Assembly: GCA_023475165.1 (NCBI GenBank)
Contig: JAMCWA010000088.1
Location: 130,298 to 194,297 of the forward strand
DNA from: Bacillota bacterium
Lineage (GTDB): Bacteria; Bacillota; Sulfobacillia; JAMCWA01
Direction of reading: 5' to 3'
DNA: 64,000 nucleotides
Shown piece after piece: positions 28,803-38,282 of the stretch. Positions within the stretch are counted from its first letter, which is position 1. Each line of letters opens with the position of its first letter. The position numbers and the translations under genes are program-made. The notes beneath the pieces are model-generated. The model saw only the letters and a program-made list of their open reading frames with translations, was not told the DNA's origin and ran no database searches.

Positions 28803-29187
28803 CTAGATTTCCATGCCGCCTGCGGCGGCACAAAGAATGAAACAGCAGCTAACTCTTTGCTGGGAGATCCCCATGCCGCCTTTTGGCGGCGCCAAAGAGT
28901 ATTGAAACAGCAGCGGCGGCCTGGCAGTAGCTGGTTTGTTTTAGGGTAGAGTGCTGACAAACTGCGTTTTGAGTGGTTAACCCACCCGAGAAACCGTTAG
29001 GGCGAGAGCTCAAATCAGCCCAGATGCTAGGAGCAACAAGGCTCCGAGGCGAGGCGTACTGGGCGGTACGTTGAGCGAGGAGCCGACGGAGCGACAATCG
29101 GCAATAGTAACGCCCCTTGAACAAGGTGGATCTTTCTTGCAGATTGCGCCACACCGCAAGATGGGGGTTTTTCAGAAGTCTCCTAGG
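28803..29187. mobile_element. full composite repeat copy (A-A-B-C plus TIR) inserted between dpaB and dpaA
   Basis: It ends '…ttttcagaagtctcctagg'. The CTAG supplies the dpaA TAG stop. A 17-bp tandem duplication 'gacgtcggcaaactctt' follows, at 29187–29220. Confidence 0.8.
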
Positions 29188-30081
29188 ACGTCGGCAAACT
29201 CTTGACGTCGGCAAACTCTTCAGGAAACTCCCTGGCCAAAAAGGAGGCAACAACTTGGAAAATGGCTCGTCCTGCCGTCCTGGGAGCGACCTTGCCGGGC
29301 AACCCCAGAGCCCAGATCGTCTTTAGGCCTAGCTCCCCGGCTCCTGCAAAATCGGTTCCACCGGGGGCGGAAGCCAGATCAATGATCAAGAGTTCAGGTT
29401 GGGCTTTCCCCAAGACCTCCCGGTTCAGCACCAGCGCCGGGATGGTATTAAAGACTACTGTACCCTCCCGGATGACCGCGCCCAGGTTGCGAAGGGGCAC
29501 CGGGCAGCAGCCCATCTCGGCGGCCCGGGCCAATTGCGCCGGGTTTCTGGCCACGACCACTGTGCGCGCCCCCAATCCGCAAAGCATTCTGGCCAGGGTC
29601 AGCCCCGTCCGCCCCAGTCCTAGAACCAGGGCGGTACTGCCGTGCAGGGTCACTGGCAGGTTCTCCATGGCTACTTGCAGGGCCCCTTCCGCGGAAGGAA
29701 TGGAGTTGAGAATGGCAAAGTCGTCACGCTCCCGGTAAGGTATGACCCTAACCCCAGCGGCCGCCGCAGCTACTTCCAAAGCCGGATTACTGCTGCCAAA
29801 AAAGAGGAGGCCCCCCTTCTGCATGGACGCCAGGGCGGTTTCCTCCAGCTTCATTTCGCAACCGTAAGCGTTCTTAATACCTCCAGAGGAGTCCAAGCCC
29901 AAAACCGGGCCTACGACCAGACGGGCACCGGCCAGGGCTTCCGGCAGACCGCGGGTGTAGCCGATGCCCTCCGGCACAAGATTAACCGGGCAACCAGCAA
30001 TAACCACTTCCTCCACCCAACCGCGAAAATAGCCGGCCGCCTCTACCTCCCTTCTATCACCTACCAAGATGGCCAGTTTCA
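29183..30081 (-). CDS. dpaA: dipicolinate synthase subunit A
   Basis: Rossmann 'GLGRTGLTLARML'. Start at 'MKLAILVGD' (30081). The last 11 codons are encoded by the 17-bp duplication and the element CTAG. Confidence 0.85.
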
Positions 30082-30223
30082 TGTTGTCCCTCCGCCCCTC
30101 CGAATCAACCTCCGTCCTCGGCCCCACCCGGGTTCTTCGCGCCAACCTCCAGCCTCCAACCTCTAACCTCCGCCCTTTTGGCCTATCCCAGTATATGTGA
30201 CCCGAAGTCTGTGGGTGCCTGCC

Positions 30224-30465
30224 CCTAGGAGACCGCTGAAAAACACCCATCTGCGGTGTGGCGCAATCTGCAAGAAAGAACCTTTTCATTAAAGGGCGTT
30301 GCTATTGCAGATTGTCGCGCCTGCGGCTGGTGCTAACGTATTTCTCTATGCGCCTCCGCGCCAAGCCTTGTCGCTCCTAGTATCTGGGCTGAATTGAGGT
30401 CTCGCCTTAACGATTTCTCGGGTGGGTTAACCACTCAGAACGCAGTTTGTCAGCGGTCTCCTAGG
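30224..30465. mobile_element. MITE-like element (C+B modules) with perfect 15-bp terminal inverted repeats
   Basis: 'cctaggagaccgctg…cagcggtctcctagg'. No ORF. The C and B modules match seven or more other loci. Confidence 0.85.
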
Positions 30466-30593
30466 TTCCTCTGGCATTAGGGACGGCAAAGCCCCGCCGC
30501 CCTTGGGAGATCATTGCCAAGGCCGGTCTGCTGCCCTGTCGCTGAAGCTTTCGAAGGGTCGCCAAGAGCTTTGAAGTCTAGAAATCTCATGAC

Positions 30594-30628
30594 TGAAAAA
30601 AAGAGCCCCTGTCTCGGACAGGGACTCC
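30594..30628 (-). terminator. rho-independent terminator downstream of the YflT-like gene
   Basis: Minus strand: CCCTGTC-cga-GACAGGG, then GCTC TTTTTTT. Confidence 0.7.
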
Positions 30629-30654
30629 CCGGTCAGACCGATGTTTCCAAGTTT

Positions 30655-30705
30655 CTCGAGCGAGTTAACCATTCAAGACGCAGTTCATCTGCTGTCTCCT
30701 AGTGG
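30655..30705. repeat. B-module fragment
   Basis: 'gagttaaccattcaagacgcagttcatctgctgtctcctag'. Confidence 0.5.
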
Positions 30706-31196
30706 GTCTCAACATCAGTGGCACCGTTTTGCCGGAGGATGGAGGCTGCCTCACTCACCTTCTTCTCATCGGATTTAATGACGGTCAGGATGCTGCCCCG
30801 CTTAACTTCTTCCTCATAAAAGCGACCCCTGGCCTCGGGGATCCCCAGGTCCAGCAGTCCACCAGCGATGCCCCCGGTTACAGCTCCGGTCAAACCGGCG
30901 GCAATGGGTCCAGCCGCCAGGATGGGACCGACCCCGGGTATAGCCAGGGCTCCCGCCCCGGCCAGCAGGCCGGCCAAACCGCCAATGGTTCCACCGGTTA
31001 GAGTACCGTTAGAAAGGTTGTCATTGGCGAAACCACCGCCCTGCCCGCCTCTTGTACCAGTCTGACCGCCCCGAGCGGTAGCTTCCTTGGCCACTATGGA
31101 GATCTCGTTGTTGGTAAAGCCTTTTCTGCGCAAATCGTCAACAGCCGTCTCAGCTTGTTGTCGTGACTTAAAGACACCGATCACCGTCTTGGACAT
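30699..31196 (-). CDS. YflT-like general stress protein with glycine-zipper segment
   Basis: 'VIGVFKSRQQAETAVDDLRRKGF…ISIV' N-terminus. 'GGLAGLLAGAGALAIPGVGPILAAG' is a glycine zipper. C-terminus 'ILTV…ASILRQNGATDV'. Confidence 0.55.
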   Translation of the reverse strand: MSKTVIGVFKSRQQAETAVDDLRRKGFTNNEISIVAKEATARGGQTGTRGGQGGGFANDNLSNGTLTGGTIGGLAGLLAGAGALAIPGVGPILAAGPIAAGLTGAVTGGIAGGLLDLGIPEARGRFYEEEVKRGSILTVIKSDEKKVSEAASILRQNGATDVETH

Positions 31197-31294
31197 TTAA
31201 AAACCTCCTTCTTGTTGACCTACCATTAGTATGAGAAGGAGGCGCCTGGCTTTATTCAATTTCTGAAGATCTTAACAACCCAAAGAGCGAAAAC

Positions 31295-31615
31295 CTAACG
31301 CCTTTGCCCGCGCAGGGTTAAGCCAAAATAGGGCTGGAGGATGGCCAGGAGCATGGCCAGGGCTGCCAGTGGGTCAAAGGCCATTCCCCACAGCCCGATC
31401 CGATCGGGCGGGTTAAGTTTGAGAAATTGGATGATCCCGGCCAGGGCCAAATAGATTCCGGCGGCCATGGCCAGAAAGTCTTTGAGGGCATCCGCCAGAG
31501 GAGAGGCGACGGCTGGAGTCTCCTCCCTGGTCGTCACCCGTAAGGACACCCGCCGTACTATCGAACTTACCACCAGAAGAAAGAGGATGGCCACCGCCAC
31601 TGGGGTCATCGCCAT
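31295..31615 (-). CDS. hypothetical small membrane protein
   Basis: 106 aa with 3 predicted TM helices. No family recognised. Confidence 0.35.
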   Translation of the reverse strand: MAMTPVAVAILFLLVVSSIVRRVSLRVTTREETPAVASPLADALKDFLAMAAGIYLALAGIIQFLKLNPPDRIGLWGMAFDPLAALAMLLAILQPYFGLTLRGQRR

Positions 31616-31619
31616 GTCC

Positions 31620-31710
31620 CTGCTCCCCCCTGGGAGACCGCTGGAGAACTCCCATCTGCGTGCCAGGCGGGCTCCCGCCCGTCTGAAACCGCAGTTCGTC
31701 AGCAGTCACG
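31620..31710. repeat. repeat fragment (TIR plus B-module end)
   Basis: 'gggagaccgctggagaactcccatctgcg…aaaccgcagttcgtcagcagtc'. Confidence 0.5.
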
Positions 31711-31905
31711 ACAATAGTTGCTTAATATCTTGTATGCCCGCAGGTCGCAAAAAAGACCGGGCTGGGCCGCTTTGCCTTCCCACGCCGGGCAAAAAAAATC
31801 CGAGTCCTCCTCGGTGTTTGGTTTTCAGGGTCAGCACCTCGGCCAACCCCTTGCCCAGCTGTGATGACGACAGGTTGGCACCTACTGGTGGCGAAAAAGC
31901 ACGCT

Positions 31906-32112
31906 CTATCTACCGCTTTGCAACCTCAAAGCCCGGACGATCAGGAAATCCAGTTGCCGTGAGAGGGTCCACACCGCCTGAATCCTCCCGCTATCGTATT
32001 CAGGCCCGCTGTCCTCTTGCAGCTGCCTTCGGAGTCGCTCGATCTCCAAGAGCAGCTCTGCTTCGCTCAAAAACGACCTCGTCCTCCTTTTTTTCTCTTT
32101 TGAGGTGAACAA
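31906..32112 (-). CDS. Spo0E-like sporulation regulatory phosphatase
   Basis: 68 aa. 'LLLEIERLRRQLQE…LSRQLDFLIVRAL' resembles the Spo0E helix-hairpin motif (SQELD.LI). Confidence 0.5.
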   Translation of the reverse strand: MFTSKEKKRRTRSFLSEAELLLEIERLRRQLQEDSGPEYDSGRIQAVWTLSRQLDFLIVRALRLQSGR

Positions 32113-32251
32113 ATCGCCAAATAGTCGCCTAATCCTTCAGCCAGGCTCAACCATATGCGATTATACTACACTCCCCCGGTCACGTCCAATTAAATCGATC
32201 GCAATTTCCGACAAGATCATACCCTTCAGATCGACTTTTTTCGATAAAAAA

Positions 32252-32715
32252 CTATTTCCGTAGCCCAGTATGGCCAAAACCTCCCGCCCCACGCTGCGTC
32301 GCCTCCAGTTCCTCAACCTCGACCAGTTCCGCCCGAAGCACCGGTTGGAGGACCAATTGGGCGATCCGGTCGCCGCGCCGGATGACAAAGGGCTCTTTCC
32401 CGAGGTTAATGAGAATAACCTGGACCTCTCCCCGGTAATCACTGTCAATGGTACCGGGGCTGTTCAAGAGGGTTACCGAATGTTTGAGGGACAGACCGCT
32501 CCTGGGACGCACCTGACCCTCGTACCCGGGTGGAACGGCCAAAGATAACCCCGTCGGGACCAGGGTCACCCCTCCAGCCGGTAGCGTTATTTCCGCCTCG
32601 ACGGCGGCGTAGAGATCCATCCCGGCCGCTCCCTCCGTCATGTAGCGAGGAAGAGGTAGATCCTCAGTCCCCTTGCGGCGTCGCACCCGGACGATGATGT
32701 TCTGGCCCTGTCTCA
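32252..32715 (-). CDS. dut: dUTP diphosphatase
   Basis: 'AAGMDLYA', 'RSGLSLKH', '[11 protein letters not shown]', and 'GDRIAQLV'. Start is Met 32715. Confidence 0.85.
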
Positions 32716-32735
32716 TCCGAAAAACCCCCTTTGTC

Positions 32736-33040
32736 TTGGAGACCGCTGGAAAACACCCATCTGCGTTGCCGCAATCCGCCGGAGGACTCTTCCTAAAAAT
32801 GGGACGCGCCTGTGGCGGATTGCCGGGCAATCGGCCCGCAACAACTTGCCATCAAGTCAGGCGTCGGCTAAGGCCGATTGTGGCGCAATTCGCCAGGGGA
32901 GCTTTCCTGGTCAGATGGTGCATGACTACGACGAATTGTGTCGTTCCGGCGGCTCCTCACTCAACGTACCGCCCAGTACGCCTCGCTTCGGAGCCTTGTC
33001 GCTCCTAGCATCTGGGCATTCTTGAGCGGTCTTGGCCCAA
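32736..33040. mobile_element. composite repeat copy with internal duplication
   Basis: 'cttggagaccgctggaaaacacccatctgcg…ggcgattgtggcgcaat…cttgtcgctcctagcatctgggc…gagcggtcttggcc'. Confidence 0.7.
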
Positions 33041-33089
33041 CAGTGTGGCTAAAGCCGTCAGAAGGACTTTCGTTATCAAGCCTTTTATA

Positions 33090-33243
33090 GACTATGGCGT
33101 CTTTCCTCGGGCAGGTAACCACTCAAACCGCAGTTCGTCAGCATTCTACACGGAAACAAACCAGCTACTTCCAGGACGCCGCTGCTGTTTCACTACCCTT
33201 TGGCGCCGCCAAAAGGCGGCATGGGGGTCTCCTAGGAGACCTT
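33090..33243. mobile_element. B(partial)+A modules in reverse orientation ending in an abutted TIR–TIR palindrome
   Basis: '…ggcggcatgggggtctcctaggagacc'. The CTAG supplies the TAG stop of the M16 peptidase. Confidence 0.7.
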
Positions 33244-34494
33244 CTCCCGCCCGCCAGGAAGGAGACGGCTCAGCCGCTTTTCACTGATTGGTCCAACCGC
33301 CGCCGCCGACAGGTCATCAATCTGCAATACCAACTCGGCGATGGCCGCAAGATCCTCCAGAGTAACGGCCTCAATCTTGGCCAGGAGCTCATCCAAACTC
33401 AAAACCCGGCCAAGCAAGATTTCCGAGCGGCCCAAATGACTCATCCGACTCCCAGTGCCCTCCAGACCCAGCATGAGCCCGCCCTTTAACTGTTCCTTGG
33501 CCCTCACCATTTCCTCCCGGCTTACTTCCCCCTGGCGAAGGGCTTGCATCTCCCTTTGGATCAGGCTAACAACCCGCTCCAGATATCGCGAGCTCATCCC
33601 GGCATAGACGGTGAAAAGACCGGCATCGTCAAAGGAAGACGGATAGGAATAGATGGAGTAAACCAGACCCATCTCCTCCCTCACCTTTTGGAAGAGCCTG
33701 GAGCTGGAGCCTCCCCCCAGGATGGTGTTTAGGACATTGAGCGAATAGTTGCGTTCGTCACCGGTGGGTAGTCCTCTGGTGCCCAGACAGAGATGGACCT
33801 GTTCCGTCCGGCGTTTTTTTAAGAGGACGCCGGGCAAGTCCAGCGGCTTCTCCCCCGTTGGAAGGTCGGACCTGCTTCCCTCCCAGGCGTCAAAAGCCCC
33901 TCCCACCAGGTCAAAAACCTCCTTGGCCTGGACATGTCCGGCTACGGACAGGACGGTCTGGCCCGGAACATAATTCTCTCGAAAATAACCCAAGATGTCT
34001 GCCGCCCGCATTCCTGCGATGACCTCCTTGCTTCCCAGGACGGGTCGACCCAGGGGGTGACCGTCCCAGCGGCTGCGGGCAAAAAGGTCATGTACTTCTT
34101 CATCCGGGGTATCCTCATACATCTTGATCTCTTCCAGGATTACACCGCGCTCGCGTTCCATATCCCCCGGATCAAAGCGAGGTGACAGGATCATGTCGGC
34201 GAGGACCTCGGTGGCTATCCCCAGATGCTCGTCCATGACTTTGGCATAATAGCAGGTATACTCCTTGGTGGTATAGGCGTTGATCTGACCCCCCAGACCT
34301 TCAATGGCTTCCGCCAGCTGGCGGGCTGTCCGCTTCTCCGTCCCTTTGAAAAGGAGGTGTTCGATGAAATGGGAAATCCCAGCCTGATCATCCCTTTCCC
34401 GGCGTGAACCTACTCCTACCCAAACCCCTATGGAGACGGAGCGGACGTGGGGTATTTCCTCCACCAGTATTCTCAGCCCATTGGGCAATACCAT
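33232..34494 (-). CDS. M16 family zinc peptidase (pitrilysin-like)
   Basis: Inverted zincin 'HFIEHLLFKGT' motif. Probable start is 'MVLPNGLRILVEE' (34494); 34530 is an alternative. Confidence 0.8.
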   Translation of the reverse strand: MVLPNGLRILVEEIPHVRSVSIGVWVGVGSRRERDDQAGISHFIEHLLFKGTEKRTARQLAEAIEGLGGQINAYTTKEYTCYYAKVMDEHLGIATEVLADMILSPRFDPGDMERERGVILEEIKMYEDTPDEEVHDLFARSRWDGHPLGRPVLGSKEVIAGMRAADILGYFRENYVPGQTVLSVAGHVQAKEVFDLVGGAFDAWEGSRSDLPTGEKPLDLPGVLLKKRRTEQVHLCLGTRGLPTGDERNYSLNVLNTILGGGSSSRLFQKVREEMGLVYSIYSYPSSFDDAGLFTVYAGMSSRYLERVVSLIQREMQALRQGEVSREEMVRAKEQLKGGLMLGLEGTGSRMSHLGRSEILLGRVLSLDELLAKIEAVTLEDLAAIAELVLQIDDLSAAAVGPISEKRLSRLLPGGREKVS

Positions 34495-34535
34495 CCGCTG
34501 AAACAGATTCTCTCCTCCCTTACTCCCCATCAAGG

Positions 34536-34556
34536 ATAAAAACCCCTCGCGGGGTT
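34536..34556 (-). terminator. rho-independent terminator after pnp
   Basis: Minus strand: AACCCCGCGAGGGGTTTTT. Confidence 0.7.
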
Positions 34557-34606
34557 TATCGATCGGCAGCTCTTTTCGGCCGTATCCGAGAGCCAAAGCA
34601 GGAACC

Positions 34607-36745
34607 TTAACGACGCTTCGGACCTGGCAGCGGTGGTCGTTCAGCATTATCCTTTTTTGCTTTCTCTTGGCGCAGCGCCTCTTTGTGTGAGAGATTGATG
34701 CGGCCGCGATCGTCGATCTCTACCACCTTGACCAGAATCTCATCGCCGACATTGACCACGTCCTCGACCTTCCCCACTCGCTCTTCCGCCAACTGCGAGA
34801 TGTGGACCAGTCCTTCCTTCCCCGGCAAGAACTCCACAAAGGCACCGAAATTCATGAGCCGGACGACCTTACCCAGGTAGACTGAGCCCACTTCAGGATC
34901 GCGGGTTAACGATTCGATGATGGACAGCGCCTTTTGACCCGACTCCATATCCGCAGCGGCGATAAAGACCCTTCCGTCCTGCTCCACATCGATCTTGGTC
35001 TTCGTTTCCGAGATGATCCGGTTAATGATCTTCCCACCCGGTCCGATGATATCGCGGATCTTCTCCGGATCGATCTGAGTAACCAGGATCCTGGGGGCAT
35101 AGGGCGAAAGCTCTTTCCTGGGCTCCGGCAGGACCGCTGTCATCTTGTCCAGGATAAAGAGACGTCCTTCTCGGGCCTGTTTCAAGGCCGTACTCAGGAT
35201 TTCCCGGTTGACACCGCCAATCTTAATATCCATCTGTAGGGCCGTTACCCCCTCCCTGGTCCCGGCCACCTTAAAGTCCATATCCCCCAGGGCATCTTCT
35301 AAGCCCTGGATGTCCGTCAAGACAGCAAACCGACCTCCCTCCTCGATGAGGCCCATGGCCACGCCACCTACGGGGGCCTTAACGGGAACCCCGGCGTCCA
35401 TGAGGGCCAGGGTACTGCCGCAAACGCTGGCCATAGAGGTGGAGCCGTTGGATTCCAGGACCTCTGAAACTACCCGGACGGTATAGGGAAAATCCGTCTC
35501 CGGGGGAAGCACCGGCTCCAAAGCCCGTTCGGCCAAAGCCCCATGCCCGATCTCGCGCCGGCCGGCTCCCCGGAGGGGTCGCGCCTCGCCCACGCTAAAG
35601 GGGGGGGAAGTTGTAATGGTGCATGTAGCTTTGGCCTCTTCATATCCTACATCATCCAGGGGTTGGACGTCCCCTACCGCCCCCAGGGTGGCCACAGAGA
35701 GGACCTGGGTTTGCCCCCGGGTGAAAAGCCCGCTGCCGTGGGTCCGAGGCAGAATGCCCACTTCCACCGAGATGGGCCTGATTTCGTCGGTTCTTCGTCC
35801 ATCTGGCCGGATACCTTCCTCCAGGATCATCCGCCGAACTTCTTTCTTCAAAATATCCTTGAGGACCGCCGCGATATCCTTTTCCCTGTCTGGCCATTCC
35901 TGGAGCAGGGCTGCCTGAACCTCTTTCTCAATCTCGTCGATGGTTTCCTCACGGCGGAGCTTATCTTTAATGGTCAGGGCTTCCCGCAGGCCCGCCCCGC
36001 CCCTCTCCTCGACCCGCTCGCGCAGGGCCTCTTCGATCTCATAAAGAGGGATCCGCCGCTTGGGTTTGCCCACCTCGGCCACGATCTTCTCCTGGAAATC
36101 GGTCAGGGTCTTGATAAACTCGTGACCATAAAGAATGGCCTCCAACATCGACTCCTCCGGGATCTCCCTGGCCCCGGCTTCCACCATCAAGATGGCTTGC
36201 CTGGTTCCGGCCACCACCAGGTGCAGGTCGCTCTTTTCCGCTTCTTCCCGCTTGGGGTTAATAATGAAACGACCATCGACCCGGCCAACTATCACCGCCC
36301 CTATTGGCCCCTCAAAGGGGATATCAGAGAGAGAAAGAGCGGCCGAGGCACCGATGAGAGAGCACACCTCCGGGGCATGGTCATGATCCACGGACAGGAT
36401 GGTGCTGATGATCTGGACATCGTTGCGGAAACCTTTTGGGAACAAAGGCCGAATGGGGCGGTCGGTGAGGCGGGCAGCCAAAATGGCCTTGGTCGGAGGT
36501 CGTCCTTCCCGCCGGTGCCAGTTCCCTGGTATCCTGCCTACAGCGTAGAGCCGCTCCTCCACATCGACGGTTAGAGGGAAAAAATCAATCCCTTCCCGCG
36601 GTTCGGCCGAGCTGGTGGCGGTAACCAGGACGACGGTATCGCCGTAGCGTACCAGAACAGCTCCGTTGGCTTGCTTGGCCAACTTACCGGTTTCAATGGT
36701 CAAAGGTCTACCGGCTAATTCTAAGGTAAAGGTTCTGTATTCCAC
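34607..36745 (-). CDS. pnp: polynucleotide phosphorylase
   Basis: 712 aa with two RNase PH domains, KH and S1. N-terminus '[37 protein letters not shown]'. Confidence 0.95.
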   Translation of the reverse strand: MEYRTFTLELAGRPLTIETGKLAKQANGAVLVRYGDTVVLVTATSSAEPREGIDFFPLTVDVEERLYAVGRIPGNWHRREGRPPTKAILAARLTDRPIRPLFPKGFRNDVQIISTILSVDHDHAPEVCSLIGASAALSLSDIPFEGPIGAVIVGRVDGRFIINPKREEAEKSDLHLVVAGTRQAILMVEAGAREIPEESMLEAILYGHEFIKTLTDFQEKIVAEVGKPKRRIPLYEIEEALRERVEERGGAGLREALTIKDKLRREETIDEIEKEVQAALLQEWPDREKDIAAVLKDILKKEVRRMILEEGIRPDGRRTDEIRPISVEVGILPRTHGSGLFTRGQTQVLSVATLGAVGDVQPLDDVGYEEAKATCTITTSPPFSVGEARPLRGAGRREIGHGALAERALEPVLPPETDFPYTVRVVSEVLESNGSTSMASVCGSTLALMDAGVPVKAPVGGVAMGLIEEGGRFAVLTDIQGLEDALGDMDFKVAGTREGVTALQMDIKIGGVNREILSTALKQAREGRLFILDKMTAVLPEPRKELSPYAPRILVTQIDPEKIRDIIGPGGKIINRIISETKTKIDVEQDGRVFIAAADMESGQKALSIIESLTRDPEVGSVYLGKVVRLMNFGAFVEFLPGKEGLVHISQLAEERVGKVEDVVNVGDEILVKVVEIDDRGRINLSHKEALRQEKAKKDNAERPPLPGPKRR

Positions 36746-36903
36746 TATCTCTATACTCTCCTCCCTGTCGGTACAGACATCGGCAATGCGTAGTTAGGGA
36801 ACTGCAACGTCTCCAGGAACCTCCCACGGATGCCTTCCAGCTGGTTGGGTGTACTCGGCACCGCAAACCGCAGGGTGATAGGGGAGATTCCTCCAGTTCC
36901 CGA

Positions 36904-36931
36904 CAGAATAAAGAGCGGGCTTACCCGCTCT
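36904..36931 (-). terminator. rpsO terminator / pnp leader hairpin
   Basis: Minus strand: AGAGCGGG-taag-CCCGCTCT, then TTATTCTG. Confidence 0.65.
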
Positions 36932-36944
36932 GAAGACCACCGGC

Positions 36945-37214
36945 TTACTTACGTAAGCCCAAACGGTCGATGATCTCGCGATAACGTCCGACGTCGTTAT
37001 CCTTGAGATAGTTCAAAAGGCCACGTCGGGAACCGACCATCTTCAAGAGCCCACGGCGCGAATGAAAGTCCTTGCGGTGCTCCTTCAGGTGCTCCGTCAG
37101 ATAGTTGATCCTTTCTGTCAGGATAGCGATCTGGACCTCGGGCGAACCGGTATCCTTTTCGTGGCGCTTGAACCTCTCGATGATTTCCTTTTTCTTGCTA
37201 GTATCCAGCGACAC
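36945..37214 (-). CDS. rpsO: 30S ribosomal protein S15
   Basis: '[49 protein letters not shown]'. GTG start preceded by GGAGGTG. Confidence 0.9.
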   Translation of the reverse strand: MSLDTSKKKEIIERFKRHEKDTGSPEVQIAILTERINYLTEHLKEHRKDFHSRRGLLKMVGSRRGLLNYLKDNDVGRYREIIDRLGLRK

Positions 37215-37321
37215 CTTTTTCACCTCCAGGATTATTATCCCCAATCAGCCAAGTAAACCGCCGGTGAATTCGGCAAACCTAGCCGTGGTTAGTGGACAAA
37301 TGAGATTTTATCATACCGCTT

Positions 37322-38278
37322 TCAGGTTGTAAACGGAAAACCACCCCTCCTTTCCCGGCTCAAGACGGTCCGGGCTCGCAGGATATCCTTTCCCACCTGT
37401 TCCAGGAGGGCCTTGACCCCAGGAAACCTCTGTTCCTCACGCAGCCATTCCACAAATTGCACCGTCAACTCTCTCCCGTATAGATCACCGCTAAAGTCCA
37501 GGAGGTGCACCTCCAGAGTATCTTCCGGACCGTCGGGCCCGAAGGTGGGTTGACGTCCCAGGTTGGCCACACCCAGGTAAGAGAACCCCTCGTATTCAAC
37601 CCGCACGACATAAACACCCCTCGCCGGAACCACTTTCCCGGCAGGCCAGACCAGATTAGCGGTCGGTAATCCCAGGCCCCGGCCACGGCCATGACCGCTA
37701 ATCACCAGGCCGGTTACCGCGTAGGAACGTCCGAGCAACTCGGCCGCACGCCCGACCTTACCGGTCGATAACATCTCCCGGATGAGGGTACTGGAGACGG
37801 TCTCGCCACCTATCACTACGGGCGGCAAGACATCCACCTCAAACCCCAGGCTCCTCCCCAAAAACCCCAGGGTCTGCGGCGTCCCCACCCCTCGATAGCC
37901 AAAACTGAAATTGAACCCCACCAGCACTCGCCTGGCGCCAATACCGTCCCGTAAGATCTCCCGTGCAAAAGACTGGCAATCCTTCTGAGCCATCTCCCGG
38001 GTGAAAGGCAACACCAGGAGATACTCTGCCCCCAGGGCCTCGATAGCTGCCCTCTTCTCCTCAGAAGTGGTCAGAAGAAGGGGAGCCCTGGCCGGATTGA
38101 TCACCTCCAGGGGATGGGGATCAAAGGTTAAGACAATGACCCTCCCCCTGGCCGTCCTGGCCTTTTCCACCGCCATCCGGATCAGGGCCTGATGACCACG
38201 GTGGACTCCGTCAAAACTGCCGATAGCCACTACGTTGGACTGATCCCGGATCAATCCCACATCCCTGACTACCTGCAT
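37322..38278 (-). CDS. ribF: bifunctional riboflavin kinase / FMN adenylyltransferase
   Basis: 'VVAIGSFDGVHRGHQALI' FAD-synthetase N-terminus and riboflavin-kinase C-terminal domain. Confidence 0.9.
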   Translation of the reverse strand: MQVVRDVGLIRDQSNVVAIGSFDGVHRGHQALIRMAVEKARTARGRVIVLTFDPHPLEVINPARAPLLLTTSEEKRAAIEALGAEYLLVLPFTREMAQKDCQSFAREILRDGIGARRVLVGFNFSFGYRGVGTPQTLGFLGRSLGFEVDVLPPVVIGGETVSSTLIREMLSTGKVGRAAELLGRSYAVTGLVISGHGRGRGLGLPTANLVWPAGKVVPARGVYVVRVEYEGFSYLGVANLGRQPTFGPDGPEDTLEVHLLDFSGDLYGRELTVQFVEWLREEQRFPGVKALLEQVGKDILRARTVLSRERRGGFPFTT

Positions 38279-38282
38279 TAAC

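Noticed and set aside
25770-33245. Possible CRISPR array suggested by the recurring ~45–80 bp repeats with hairpins
   Set aside because: The repeats are not regularly spaced with unique spacers. They occur in both orientations, carry TIRs, are scattered over 60 kb and there are no cas genes. A MITE-like dispersed repeat is the better explanation.
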